Shown here: positions 17,652 through 27,846 of the stretch, piece after piece | Layout of the letters: each line of letters starts with the position of its first letter | Position numbering within the stretch: the first letter of the stretch is position 1 | IMG/VR virus record: IMGVR_UViG_3300036888_000141 | Coordinates: 1 to 47,711 of that record | Origin: a virus | Reading direction: 5' to 3' (one strand) | DNA length: 47,711 nt | Program-made: the position numbers and the translations under genes | The notes under the pieces: generated by a model | Databases searched by the model: none | What the model saw: only the letters and a program-made list of their open reading frames with translations | What the model was told of the DNA's origin: nothing

Positions 17652-18398
17652 TTATTGGGATAGTGAAGGAGAATGTTGAGCAGCTCGATGGAACAAAACA
17701 CTCAATAACAACCCATTAACTATCAATACTATCCAATTTATAGTGAGAATAGCTACTTCAAACGCTACAATATCATATTTCAACAAAGAAAGAATTGTAA
17801 AAAAGATGATTGCAATCAGGAAACCTGAAATGAAAATCCATCTTATTGCACGCTCGAGTCGTCCACCATTAAAAACAGCAGCCATGAAGAGGAAAGCCAC
17901 ACTCATCATTAAATATCCGAGGCCTTCAAGGGCAATGAATATTCCATGCGGATTATATTGCGTAAGCAATGATAAACCGGCTGTTTCACCATTTATGATG
18001 CTGGGAACGATCACAGTTAACTGAATAAAATAATCTATGAGTATCACCGTAGCGTAAATTAAAGCGAATGACAAACCAATCTGACTAAAAACTTTCTTAT
18101 CATCAGAGGAGTAATAATGAATACACACCATTAGCACTATGAATATCAGTGCTAATAGAATTCCCGGATAAATCCATAAGTAATCACCAGGAATAAAAGC
18201 AGCCACATTCGTATAGGGATAGTGAATAGCGTTAACAGCAGAGGTGGCGAAAGGTCCTGATCTCGCAGGGGTCAAGATACCAGCCAGGAGAAACACAACC
18301 GTAATTAAAACCGTCAGAACCGCTGAGAAGAATCCAAGCCGGCTCAATAACTGGTTAAAATTCGAATTATAGTCATCTTTAGAAGTAATTTTACTCAT
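17652..18398 (-). CDS. Multi-pass (about 7 TM) membrane protein, cargo
   Basis: Hydrophobic helices; opposite strand to core genes; AGGTGA RBS. Confidence 0.85.
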   Translation of the reverse strand: MSKITSKDDYNSNFNQLLSRLGFFSAVLTVLITVVFLLAGILTPARSGPFATSAVNAIHYPYTNVAAFIPGDYLWIYPGILLALIFIVLMVCIHYYSSDDKKVFSQIGLSFALIYATVILIDYFIQLTVIVPSIINGETAGLSLLTQYNPHGIFIALEGLGYLMMSVAFLFMAAVFNGGRLERAIRWIFISGFLIAIIFFTILSLLKYDIVAFEVAILTINWIVLIVNGLLLSVLFHRAAQHSPSLSQ

Positions 18399-18501
18399 TA
18401 AATCACCTATTCAAATATATTTTTAATGTTTTGGAAGTTATAGGTACGTATTTTTTGAATAAGTTAAGAATTATTGAATAAATATAATTTATGTAATACT
18501 T

Positions 18502-18933
18502 TTATTTTTGTTTACTAAGCCAAAAATCCTCTACAGATTTCACTATATTTTTGTATTCATTTATGCTATTTGGTTCGTTTAAAGAATGAATGGGACAGCT
18601 AAAATGTTTCTCAGCTTCTTCTTTAATGCCTAAATCCTTGGTTAAAAATAACACTGGTATACATTTTATACCCGCTTCTTTGGCAATCTCTTGTAATAAA
18701 TTCCAATCTTCCTTTCTAAAAGAATGAATATCAAATATTACAACATCTGGCCGTGGAATATCACTAAATACATTCATTTGAAACAGCATTTCTAATGCTT
18801 CATCTCCATTGCCTACAAAACGGAAATTATTGGGAATAGATGATTCTTTAAACAATAAACTGAACTCTTGCAAATCACCGGGATTGTTTTCAACCAACAA
18901 AATCTCAACAGGCTTAATCGTTTTCATTACCAT
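18502..18933 (-). CDS. Stand-alone response regulator receiver domain, cargo
   Basis: ILLVENNPGD...GDEALEML...PDVVIFDI...IPVLFLT. Confidence 0.85.
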   Translation of the reverse strand: MVMKTIKPVEILLVENNPGDLQEFSLLFKESSIPNNFRFVGNGDEALEMLFQMNVFSDIPRPDVVIFDIHSFRKEDWNLLQEIAKEAGIKCIPVLFLTKDLGIKEEAEKHFSCPIHSLNEPNSINEYKNIVKSVEDFWLSKQK

Positions 18934-19025
18934 CTTTTAACATCCATTCAATAGCGAAAATAAAAACCAGAAAATTTACCCCTATATGTATTATTCACTA
19001 TTTTCATAAATGATATCTAAATAAA

Positions 19026-19036
19026 ACTTCGTTAAT
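19026..19036. repeat. dif/lox-like half-site B
   Basis: ACTTCGTTAAT at the right edge of the cargo island; partner arm not recognisable. Confidence 0.45.
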
Positions 19037-19168
19037 ATTAATTATTTCATAAGATTTATAGATTATGGTACATTTAAAAAGGATAAATGAATTGTTTATA
19101 ATTATTTTTGATGATAGAATTTATTCTTATTTTTTCTACAATTATTTTAAATAAAAAGTTGATCAACC

Positions 19169-20179
19169 ATGCAACCCACAGTTCTTATGAAAAAAGAACT
19201 GTTAGACGCTACAGGCCTCAATGAATTTCCAACAAGTCAAGAATTCCTTAACCAAGTCACGAAGGAATTAATAATAAAAGCAAATAACAAGTCCATTATT
19301 TTGAATCAATCAGCACCCACATTCGATGTAGATGAACAAAAAGGCGAAACAAAACCCACACAAGAACAGGTTGATTACCGTCAAAAATTATTAGATTCAC
19401 TGCACGATCTTTATGATGATGCTAAAAAAACTATTTATAATAATGCGTTAACAGCAGACGATAAAATATCTGAGATAGATAATTCTGTTCAAACATTTAT
19501 CAACGATACACAAGGATTAGTTAAAAATACAGTTCAAACCCGCTACCAAGATGGCTATGACTCAATGAACGGATATTTAACTAAAGCAAAAGTCAATCCA
19601 CCAATTCAAGCAAATGAACAGCCACGGCTTCAAAGTATTCTTAGACAGCAATTACAAAATTTAGAGGATATCGGACTTATAATAAGGGGTCGTTTAAGAC
19701 AGAAAGTGGATATGAATGATATTCAAAGTTATTATCATTTCAAAGCCCCTAAAAAACTGAAACAAGCACAGTCTGATTATACACCGTGCATGAAACAGCA
19801 GCACCAATTACATCCAGATTGGACTGAAGCAGAATTAGAAAGCTACTGCGAAGAAGATGACAGCAGTACAGATAATGTATTTAATAATGCTCAGGATAAT
19901 TTAGACCAACTGGGAATGTTCGGATGGCTTGAAAGTTTCATGGCTGGTTATTTAGTCGCAGGACTTCTTGCAACGGCTTTAATATCAAATTTAACAATTT
20001 TACTACCATGGTTAACTTGCCAAGATAATGGAAACTGTACCCGTAACGGTCCTTGTGAAGATTGTGAGGATATGGCTGCTGGTGGACCTTACCCTATAGA
20101 TAATTTCCCACCATCAACTTTACATGATTTATGTCAATGTAATGATCCGCCTGGAGCTCCGATTATAACTTTTGGATAA
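19169..20179 (+). CDS. MuF/SPP1 gp7-like minor head protein
   Basis: C-terminal W..CQD...C..C...GPY.....P...HDLCQC motif; follows portal. Confidence 0.75.
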   Translation: MQPTVLMKKELLDATGLNEFPTSQEFLNQVTKELIIKANNKSIILNQSAPTFDVDEQKGETKPTQEQVDYRQKLLDSLHDLYDDAKKTIYNNALTADDKISEIDNSVQTFINDTQGLVKNTVQTRYQDGYDSMNGYLTKAKVNPPIQANEQPRLQSILRQQLQNLEDIGLIIRGRLRQKVDMNDIQSYYHFKAPKKLKQAQSDYTPCMKQQHQLHPDWTEAELESYCEEDDSSTDNVFNNAQDNLDQLGMFGWLESFMAGYLVAGLLATALISNLTILLPWLTCQDNGNCTRNGPCEDCEDMAAGGPYPIDNFPPSTLHDLCQCNDPPGAPIITFG

Positions 20180-20183
20180 ATGA

Positions 20184-20202
20184 ACTTCGTACATGACGAA
20201 TT
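20184..20202. repeat. Collapsed dif/lox-like site C
   Basis: ACTTCGT-ACATG-ACGAATT, 4 nt after the MuF stop; central part shortened. Confidence 0.55.
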
Positions 20203-20386
20203 TATTTATAATAAAAAAATTAAATGACTTTTTTTAAGTTATAAGATTTAAACCGACATTAACCCAATGAATGCTTATATTAAATTTTTATTATTATAAG
20301 AATATTTATGTATATTTATCATAAAATATTTATCTTGATGAATACTACATTATTTATGATGTTATATGATCAAGGGGGGTCGAAAA

Positions 20387-21394
20387 ATGAAAATATGCAA
20401 ATTAGATATTAAGAAATTAATGCTATTTCTGCTATTTCTCAGTGTGATTATGTTTGCTGCAGGTTCATCCAGTGCAGCAACAGTTAATAACACAAATAAC
20501 ATTAGTACTAATACTCATTTAGCTACTGCAAATATCGTTAACAGTAAAATTATTTATGTGGCAACCAATGGCAGTAATGAGAACAATGGTACAACACCTG
20601 AAACCGCATTGAAAACCATACAAAAAGGAATAGACACCGTGGCAAAAAGTGGAATAGTGTATGTAGAACCAGGCACATACAATGAAAACCTGAATATCAA
20701 TAAAGATGTTACTCTCAAAGCCACCAAAAACACTATTATAAATGGAGAAAATAAAGGCAGCGTAATAAAAATTCAGCCTAACATTGTTGCTGATATAAGT
20801 GGATTCACCATCACACATGGAGATGCAACTGATGGTGGAGGAATCTACAACGAGGGTAAGTTAACATTACAGTCTTCCATTATCACCGACAACAAAGCAA
20901 CTAATGGTGGAGGAATCTACAACGCGAGGAAGGCTACTGTAACCATACGGTCTTCCGATATCACCGACAACAAAGCATATAATGGTGGAGGAATCATAAA
21001 CTATGGAACTCTAAATATATACTCTACCAATATCACCGCCAACAAAGCCTATTATGGTGGAGGAATCTACAACTGTGGGTATGGTACTTTAAATATATAC
21101 TCTTCCATTATCAACTCCAACACCGCTGACAATTGGGGTGGAGGAATCCTAAACAATGGCGGTATGGTGATTTTACAACAATCAACTATCACGTCAAACA
21201 CCGCTGTCAAGTGGGGTGGAGGAATCTACAACGGGCGTAGTAGTGTTGTAACTATAAGTGAGTCCAGTATCACCGACAACAAAGCAGAACGTGGTGGAGG
21301 AATCGACAACGATAGAGGTCAGGTTTATTACGATATAAATACAAAAATAAGTGGAAACACACCAGAATTTTATGGTAGTATTGAACGTATTTAA
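20387..21394 (+). CDS. Secreted adhesin-like beta-helix protein (GGGIYN/Pmp repeats), cargo (track start 20366)
   Basis: Signal peptide; IYVATNGSNENNGT.P..ALKTIQ.GI (DUF1565-like); repeated ITxNKAxxGGGIYN. Confidence 0.88.
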   Translation: MKICKLDIKKLMLFLLFLSVIMFAAGSSSAATVNNTNNISTNTHLATANIVNSKIIYVATNGSNENNGTTPETALKTIQKGIDTVAKSGIVYVEPGTYNENLNINKDVTLKATKNTIINGENKGSVIKIQPNIVADISGFTITHGDATDGGGIYNEGKLTLQSSIITDNKATNGGGIYNARKATVTIRSSDITDNKAYNGGGIINYGTLNIYSTNITANKAYYGGGIYNCGYGTLNIYSSIINSNTADNWGGGILNNGGMVILQQSTITSNTAVKWGGGIYNGRSSVVTISESSITDNKAERGGGIDNDRGQVYYDINTKISGNTPEFYGSIERI

Positions 21395-21410
21395 GCACGT
21401 AACTGAATAG

Positions 21411-21432
21411 TCCAGATTTTTATCTGGATTTT
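21411..21432 (+). terminator. Hairpin plus T-tract after the adhesin
   Basis: TCCAGAT-TTTT-ATCTGGA-TTTT. Confidence 0.5.
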
Positions 21433-21585
21433 AGGTTTACTCAGCACAAACAAAAAGAACAAGCCCGCACTAGCTATTGTGAATCATAATATATTCACTT
21501 TCTCATATTTCTTTTTTTAAATCCATGTTAGTGTAAAATGCTAGGGTGTTGAAGATGGAATAAGTTATTAGCAAATATATATTTT

Positions 21586-21613
21586 ACTTCGTAATATGGC
21601 AATATAACGAAGA
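21586..21613. repeat. dif/lox-like site D
   Basis: ACTTCGTAATA-TGGCAA-TATAACGAAGA (11+6+11). Confidence 0.75.
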
Positions 21614-21875
21614 GGATGAAATGAGTAATAAATTTGTTTTAAAAATCGAAATATTGGTACCATGTTTTTATATGTTACATATAAAAGACCTCTAAAATAG
21701 TAATACTAATTCTATTCCAAGAATTTTTAGTTTGTTTTAAATTAAAATACGTAATTTGAACCCTATTTATCAGTAAAAGAAAGATGTAAATTAATTTTTA
21801 GGTGATATTTTTATAAATCCTATTAAATCCCTTTGAATGTGATTTTTTTAAGAAATAGTTAATTTTAATATTTAC

Positions 21876-21924
21876 TGATCTTTTCATTTTGAATTCAAAA
21901 TTTAAATTAAACAAATATTTAGTC
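21876..21924 (+). repeat. 49-bp direct repeat copy 1 (putative late promoter), upstream of protease/MCP operon
   Basis: 48/49 identical to 32592-32640; flanking TGAATGTGATTT..TTAAGAAA and AGTGTAAAAAA also shared. Confidence 0.85.
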
Positions 21925-22031
21925 TTGCACTTCAAGTGTAAAAAAGAACATGAAAAGTGATGTATCTATTTAATATTCTAAATTCTTTTTTTTAAATTTT
22001 ATTTAAAAAGTTCTTTAATTCACCAAAGGAG

Positions 22032-24407
22032 GTGATTACTATAGACAAATATAATCCGCAATGGGTTCGACAAGCAATTAAGGATGGTAAAAAACCCTTC
22101 TTTGTCCATATACCAGCCACACTTCACCAGGATAGCACCGGCAGAATAAAAATTGAAGGATTGGGATCTAAATTTGAAAGATCACGAACCGGTCACAGAC
22201 TAAGCCAAGCCCTTATAACCAAACTCAAAGGAACTAGTAAAGGTAAAATCAGTTTATGGCACCATGACCCTAGCCAAATCGTTGGAAAAGTACTCGGAGT
22301 AGAACAAAGTGCAAATGATGAAATAAAACCAGTAATTCAGGTCAGGAAAAAAACAGGAAACCAGATAGTTGATAAACCCATGGTGGAGGTTGAAAGCTGT
22401 CTTGAAGAGGATATACCATTAGGTTTGAGTATTGGAGGTATCACAGAGAAATTTGAATTAAGTAAAGCACCGGAAACCGCGCAAGGATTTACAATTGAAG
22501 TTGAAGATGCTGAACTAGTTGAGTGGACAGTAACACCATTGAACGCAGTTAAATCCAGTGACGGTTCAGTAGCTGTAAGTGAAGCTGTGTGTAGTGATGG
22601 TGTATGTGGCCAGATAGCACAGCAAATAATCTCAGGAATACCAAACCTACCAGATGCTGAGGGTCTATCTGAAGGAATTAAATTAAACACAGCTGGATTA
22701 AATGCTCTTGAAAAACTGAAACAATTGAAACAGGATTTTGATAATGTTGAATTCGCATCTACCAATAATGCGGATGTTGATGATGGTGCTGTTGGAAGTG
22801 CTTTACAGGATTTCCAAAGTGCCTATGATGCCCTTATAGATGCCATTATTGCAGATGAATCTTCCGATGAAGAGGGTGAGGAAGATGATGAAACAATAAC
22901 ATGTTCATGTGGAGCAACTAACACACCTGAAGCTACAACATGTGCAGTTTGCGGAGCAGGCCTTACAACTAGTACGCCGAATGAAGCTCAGGCTGCTTTT
23001 GGAAATAATCAGTATTCTATCGCAGATTCAATGCAAGGTAAAATGTTCACACAGGCAAAGAAAAGTGATTACACTGTTAACCAGACCTGTTATGATAATG
23101 CGGTTAAGCAGATTAAAGCGGGTGAAATTAATAATGGAACATGGAAAAAACCAACATTCGCAGACTTTGACAGTGATATCGATGAATACAAGAAATACGC
23201 CTTAGCAGTACATCCAGATGGTGATGCTACACTTTCCGGTTCTTATGGTTTTGAGATTGGTAAGAATGGTAAAATATATCGTCAAGGAGTTATTGCAGCG
23301 AAAACAGCCGCCGCTGGTGGGAGAAGTAAAGCAGGTAAAAATAATGCGATATATCAGGCTGCTGATAAGCTTTTACAATTAATAGATGCAGATGATGAGG
23401 AAGTTAATCAATCAATTAATTTAGGAGGTGGAAACATCACAAAATTAGAGAAAAATAAGAATAACAAGCTGGAACAATCTACTGGGGTGGCTTTAAACCA
23501 GCCATGTTATGATTTCGCAGTAAAAGCAATTGAGAATGGTGATATTGATTTTACTACACCCTGGAATCGTGGATCATATGAATGGAATGGTGAATTACCA
23601 GACCTGGTAAACTACTGTCTCGGGATAGATCCCACCGGTCAAAGCACATTTGACCAATACATGTACAGAATAGGAATGAATGGTTTAATTTTTAAAAGCG
23701 CAGTTCTCGCAGTTGCAGCCAATGCACCTGCAGGTTCAGATATCTATGAAGCAGCTGATGAATTATTACAAGCCATTTACGAGGCGGAGAATGCTGCAGA
23801 GGAATCTGATGAAGGAAATGAAGGAGAAAATGATGTTACTCAAAGTATAAAAGGAGATGATATTATGGGAGAAAATAAAGAAATAACAGATTTAAAACAG
23901 ATGGTAACAGATCAACAAAAAACAATTGGAGATTTAAACACCATAGTTCAATCTTTCGCAGACGAAAGAGCTGCTGAAAAAGCAGCACTCGAAGCCCAAA
24001 AAGCTGAAGATGCTAGAAAAGCTGAAATCGAAACTATAGTTAAACAAAACCAGGAAGAAACATTAAATGCTGTAACTGAGGTAATGGCTGATGTATTAAA
24101 ACAGGTCATGAACAACAAGGATAACCTTGCTCAACAGAGTTTATCCCCAGTGGAAAACCCGAATACCCAGGCATTTAAAGCAGGCGGTGGTAACCCTTTT
24201 GGGGTAGCTAATGAAATCAAACAAAACATGGATGGTGGAATAAACACCCAACCAAACACTACAAATGAACCAATAGTTCTAACTGGAAGACCTGGCGAAG
24301 CTGTACCTTTACATCAAGCTTTAACTGACAGCGTGAATTATCCTGCTGTGGTTAATGGTAAAGCTGTTCAGGGTGTTACACCAAATCAGATGTTTGGAGT
24401 AAACTAA
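22032..24407 (+). CDS. Prohead protease fused to Zn-ribbon, duplicated domain and scaffold
   Basis: LWHHD, GLSIGG, ELVEWTVT HK97-type protease motifs; CSCG..CAVCG; C-terminal coiled coil. Confidence 0.85.
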   Translation: MITIDKYNPQWVRQAIKDGKKPFFVHIPATLHQDSTGRIKIEGLGSKFERSRTGHRLSQALITKLKGTSKGKISLWHHDPSQIVGKVLGVEQSANDEIKPVIQVRKKTGNQIVDKPMVEVESCLEEDIPLGLSIGGITEKFELSKAPETAQGFTIEVEDAELVEWTVTPLNAVKSSDGSVAVSEAVCSDGVCGQIAQQIISGIPNLPDAEGLSEGIKLNTAGLNALEKLKQLKQDFDNVEFASTNNADVDDGAVGSALQDFQSAYDALIDAIIADESSDEEGEEDDETITCSCGATNTPEATTCAVCGAGLTTSTPNEAQAAFGNNQYSIADSMQGKMFTQAKKSDYTVNQTCYDNAVKQIKAGEINNGTWKKPTFADFDSDIDEYKKYALAVHPDGDATLSGSYGFEIGKNGKIYRQGVIAAKTAAAGGRSKAGKNNAIYQAADKLLQLIDADDEEVNQSINLGGGNITKLEKNKNNKLEQSTGVALNQPCYDFAVKAIENGDIDFTTPWNRGSYEWNGELPDLVNYCLGIDPTGQSTFDQYMYRIGMNGLIFKSAVLAVAANAPAGSDIYEAADELLQAIYEAENAAEESDEGNEGENDVTQSIKGDDIMGENKEITDLKQMVTDQQKTIGDLNTIVQSFADERAAEKAALEAQKAEDARKAEIETIVKQNQEETLNAVTEVMADVLKQVMNNKDNLAQQSLSPVENPNTQAFKAGGGNPFGVANEIKQNMDGGINTQPNTTNEPIVLTGRPGEAVPLHQALTDSVNYPAVVNGKAVQGVTPNQMFGVN
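23865..24407 (+). CDS. Putative nested scaffold protein (internal start, 180 aa)
   Basis: AAGGAGATGA RBS before an in-frame ATG (MGENKEITDLK...); coiled coil. Confidence 0.55.
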   Translation: MGENKEITDLKQMVTDQQKTIGDLNTIVQSFADERAAEKAALEAQKAEDARKAEIETIVKQNQEETLNAVTEVMADVLKQVMNNKDNLAQQSLSPVENPNTQAFKAGGGNPFGVANEIKQNMDGGINTQPNTTNEPIVLTGRPGEAVPLHQALTDSVNYPAVVNGKAVQGVTPNQMFGVN

Positions 24408-24413
24408 GGAGGA

Positions 24414-25550
24414 ATGGTAAATATGGCAGCAGCACAAACTCAAGTACAGCAGGATATTAAAGCCCAATTCATGGGCATGATTGAAAAGAAATTAGGTAAA
24501 CCATTAAATCAAGCAATGCACACAGAAACCGTTCCATTAACTGTTAAAGGAATGAAAAAGGAAGGAGCAACCGAACCCGACGACTATATTAGAAGTTTAC
24601 AGCAGGACCTACTTGGTGGGATATTACATCAGACCATCAGCTCTACTAATTTCATGCCTATGAAATTAGATCCTAATGTATACGATCAGTCCACATTATT
24701 CATGACTTCACCAGCTTTGACCTTCCTTGAAGGAAGAAACAGAAGGGCACCAGCCGATACTACTAAAATCAACTTCATAGAATTAACTGAAGGATTCCAG
24801 GATGAATGGATAGCAGAGACTGACGGAACCCAAGGTGACGGAACTGCGCAAACTCAACTTGGACTTGCAACTATGTGTGTCCAGGCTTTACCTATCAGTT
24901 TATCTGACCTTTTAGGCAGCGGACAGTCAGCTCAATCAAGAGCACAGTTAATGCAGTATGCACAGGAAGCTCTCAGAGAAGGATTCGATAATGTACTGAT
25001 TAACGGGACCACAACAACTGGAAGTCCAGCAGTTTCAACCAACAAATTCTCAGGATTAATGACCATAGCTCAGGCCCAGGGATATTCAGAGGATTCTCAG
25101 GGTAATGCGTTACTTCTGAAAAATGTCAGGAACCTTGAAGCACAATTAACCCAACAGAGAAAAGGATGGGCGGATTTCATACTCACCAACGTCGATGTCC
25201 ACAATCAATTGGTTGAGGATATGACAGCAACAGTCAAAAACGTGAACACTGTAAACATAACTGCAAACACCCCAGTTAATGCTTTCCAATCCAGCCGTGG
25301 ACCATTACCAATCATAACCGACCCATACGTACCATTCACCTTGCCTGGAGCAGCAACCAACAGTGGTGTATTTGGTATGTTTAACAGTAACCGGATATTC
25401 ATATCTGACTTTGTCCACAACAGTTGGGTTGAGAAAGGTAAAACTAAACCTGTAGCCACCGATGGTTGGTTGGTTCAGGTTTCAGTCATGTACAATGCAG
25501 AACCACTTAAAACTGCTATAAGATACAATTTACCTTCAGCAGAAGCCTAA
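24414..25550 (+). CDS. Major capsid protein (HK97 fold)
   Basis: Follows protease; AGGAGG RBS; EALREGFDNVLINGT...NKFSGL; LPIITDPYVP. Confidence 0.85.
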   Translation: MVNMAAAQTQVQQDIKAQFMGMIEKKLGKPLNQAMHTETVPLTVKGMKKEGATEPDDYIRSLQQDLLGGILHQTISSTNFMPMKLDPNVYDQSTLFMTSPALTFLEGRNRRAPADTTKINFIELTEGFQDEWIAETDGTQGDGTAQTQLGLATMCVQALPISLSDLLGSGQSAQSRAQLMQYAQEALREGFDNVLINGTTTTGSPAVSTNKFSGLMTIAQAQGYSEDSQGNALLLKNVRNLEAQLTQQRKGWADFILTNVDVHNQLVEDMTATVKNVNTVNITANTPVNAFQSSRGPLPIITDPYVPFTLPGAATNSGVFGMFNSNRIFISDFVHNSWVEKGKTKPVATDGWLVQVSVMYNAEPLKTAIRYNLPSAEA

Positions 25551-25587
25551 GCAACTTTTAAAAAAGTTGCATCAAAACTTTTTTTTT
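25551..25587. repeat. Palindrome plus ATCAAAA element (REP/terminator-like) copy 1
   Basis: GCAACTTTT-AA-AAAAGTTGC-ATCAAAAC-T-tract. Confidence 0.5.
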
Positions 25588-25606
25588 AAATTATGGAGGT
25601 AAAATT

Positions 25607-25915
25607 ATGGCAAAAATACAAGTCAAATTAACCCACCGGGAGAAACCATCAGCAGTACACCTTGATAAATATGGTTTAACAACTCTTAATAAAGGAATTG
25701 CTGAGATAGAAATAGAAAAAGGTGATTTGAAGGCTTTACAGAAACAGGGCAAACGTGATGATAAATTCACATTGGAAGAAATTGTTCCAACTAAAACAAC
25801 TGAAACAGCACCTGAAACAGTTGAAGAATCTAAAGAACCGGTAACTGCTGAAAAAGCTGCTGAAGCACCTGTTGAACCAAAAGAAGCACCTGTTGAACCA
25901 AAAAAGGGAGGATAA
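25607..25915 (+). CDS. Small head-associated hypothetical protein
   Basis: GGAGGT RBS; Glu/Pro/Ala-rich tail with a duplicated APVEPK. Confidence 0.75.
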   Translation: MAKIQVKLTHREKPSAVHLDKYGLTTLNKGIAEIEIEKGDLKALQKQGKRDDKFTLEEIVPTKTTETAPETVEESKEPVTAEKAAEAPVEPKEAPVEPKKGG

Positions 25916-25918
25916 AGT

Positions 25919-26458
25919 ATGACTTTAACTGAAACACAAATAGATGAATTAAATCATATGATCCCCGGTTTGGAATTAGGAACAATATTAGCAGGTTTAC
26001 AATCAGCCCCGGGAGTTAGTGCGGGTAGTATAGTAGACTCCCAAATATCACCTACCGCAGCTATAGAGCTCAGTAAATTGGCACATGGAACAGATGGACA
26101 GATAATTATAGTCGCTTCTAACGGAGCATTAAGTTTTGTAACTCCAACCGGTGATGTAATACCAACAGATGCGGGATTATTCACTATTGGTGCAAATACA
26201 GTAACCGCACCTAAAGCTAAGTATGTAACTAGAACTTTAACCATAGCAATAGGTGCTAAAACCGCAACTGTGACCAACGCTGCAGATATAAATGGAATAC
26301 CATCCACTCCTTATTTCAATTCAGCAACATTAGATGCAACTGGAAACGAGATTGTATCATTCCAATTTATTCCATCAACTGGACAAATAATCGCTACATT
26401 AAACGCAAATGCTACCGCTACAGTTACTGTTAATGTTCCGATTTTACAGGCAGCCTAA
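25919..26458 (+). CDS. Putative capsid decoration/fibre-like protein
   Basis: beta-rich; IELSKLA...QIIIVASNG; last gene of the head operon before a T-tract. Confidence 0.6.
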   Translation: MTLTETQIDELNHMIPGLELGTILAGLQSAPGVSAGSIVDSQISPTAAIELSKLAHGTDGQIIIVASNGALSFVTPTGDVIPTDAGLFTIGANTVTAPKAKYVTRTLTIAIGAKTATVTNAADINGIPSTPYFNSATLDATGNEIVSFQFIPSTGQIIATLNANATATVTVNVPILQAA

Positions 26459-26553
26459 AACTTTTTCTTTAATTTTTTTTTATTTTTATTTAAAATTTAA
26501 TTTTAGAAGTGATCGAGTCCAAACTAACTGTTTTATCATTTCTTTTAGATTGA

Positions 26554-26581
26554 ACTTCGTTATAGTATGATTTAACTAAGC
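26554..26581. repeat. dif/lox-like site E
   Basis: ACTTCGTTATA-GTATGA-TTTAACTAAGC (11+6+11). Confidence 0.75.
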
Positions 26582-26825
26582 AGAAATTATTATTAAGGTT
26601 TATTCTCATGACAAACATTAGCAGATCAAAGAATAAGAAATAAAGTCCAACGAGTAATTTATAACTACACTTTAAGGCTATTTTTGATATAATTTTATCA
26701 TATAAAGTATTATTTTATTTAAATTCGTTATTCCATTAGTAAAAAAATTTTTTAGAAAAATTTATATGGTATTACTCACGGACATAATAGTATAAAAATA
26801 TTTGTAATTATAAACCTTATGGGGA

Positions 26826-27143
26826 ATGGAAATATTTATAGAACAGAATAATGCGTCTATAAATGAAAATAAAAATTCATATAAATTAACTAAGATTATT
26901 CTATTTTTAGGATTAATTCGATTAGCTTCATTGATTCTTTCTGGAGCAGTTTCTGCTGCTGGTCTAGCAAACAGTTCTCAGCCAAAATATATGATTGATA
27001 ACCAGAATACCGGTCAATTACAATATAATGGACCTACAACCAACGCCACTGAATGGAATTACACTGCTGAAATGTCAAGGGTATCAGCTTCCTCTGTGAT
27101 TGGAACTGGACGGAAGCATTATCTTCGGATACTGGTGATTTAA
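26826..27143 (+). pseudogene. Truncated N-terminus of a secreted PQQ-propeller-type surface protein
   Basis: Signal peptide plus SAAGLANSSQPKYMIDNQNTGQLQYNGP..N.TEWNYT, which normally opens long beta-propeller proteins; stops after 105 aa. Confidence 0.5.
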
Positions 27144-27144
27144 T

Positions 27145-27846
27145 ATGTATTGTAACAATTGCGGAGTCAAGTTAAAAGATAAAAAAACATGTTCAAACTG
27201 TGGAGAAACCATTTCAGATGAATTAATAAACTACGATAGTAAATCATGGATATCTGGCTTAATGATAATTATTCTAATAATATTGGGAGTTGGATCATTA
27301 ATAGGCTTCGGGATTTATGCAAAAAATACAAATTTGGGAGTGTTTATCCTTGCATTATGTATTGGTGGATGTATCTATTTGGCAAGTAGAAAAAATTTCT
27401 CCGGGGAAATGAGGCCTTGTCCCGAATGTGACGTGGATAGGCCGGCTACAGATTTTTGTATAGAATGCGGCCATAACCTTAAAGCTATATTAGGATATTT
27501 TGTGACCCTAGGATGGAATAGACTAGAATTATCTCAAAATGGTTTGACAGCCTATCAAAAGAAGCATAAAAGGATTGGTGAAAATTATGCCGCGGTTAGA
27601 GTTAAAAAATTTTATGAACTTAACCAGATTAAAAACCTGCAAATCGCTGATTGTGTGAAATCTTCCAAAGATAAGGGTTATCCTTGCATCGACTTTGATT
27701 ATTCTAATGAACATATAAATTATCACATTCCTAAAAAAAAAATAAACGAACTGGATGAAATACTTTCTACTGACACTTTACAACCATACTTGAAAGAATC
27801 ATATAATGGATATTACAAAGATGGATCCTTTAATAAAAAAAAATAA
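27145..27846 (+). CDS. Zn-ribbon membrane protein, cargo
   Basis: MYCNNCG...CSNCG; two TM; CPEC..CIECG. Confidence 0.8.
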   Translation: MYCNNCGVKLKDKKTCSNCGETISDELINYDSKSWISGLMIIILIILGVGSLIGFGIYAKNTNLGVFILALCIGGCIYLASRKNFSGEMRPCPECDVDRPATDFCIECGHNLKAILGYFVTLGWNRLELSQNGLTAYQKKHKRIGENYAAVRVKKFYELNQIKNLQIADCVKSSKDKGYPCIDFDYSNEHINYHIPKKKINELDEILSTDTLQPYLKESYNGYYKDGSFNKKK

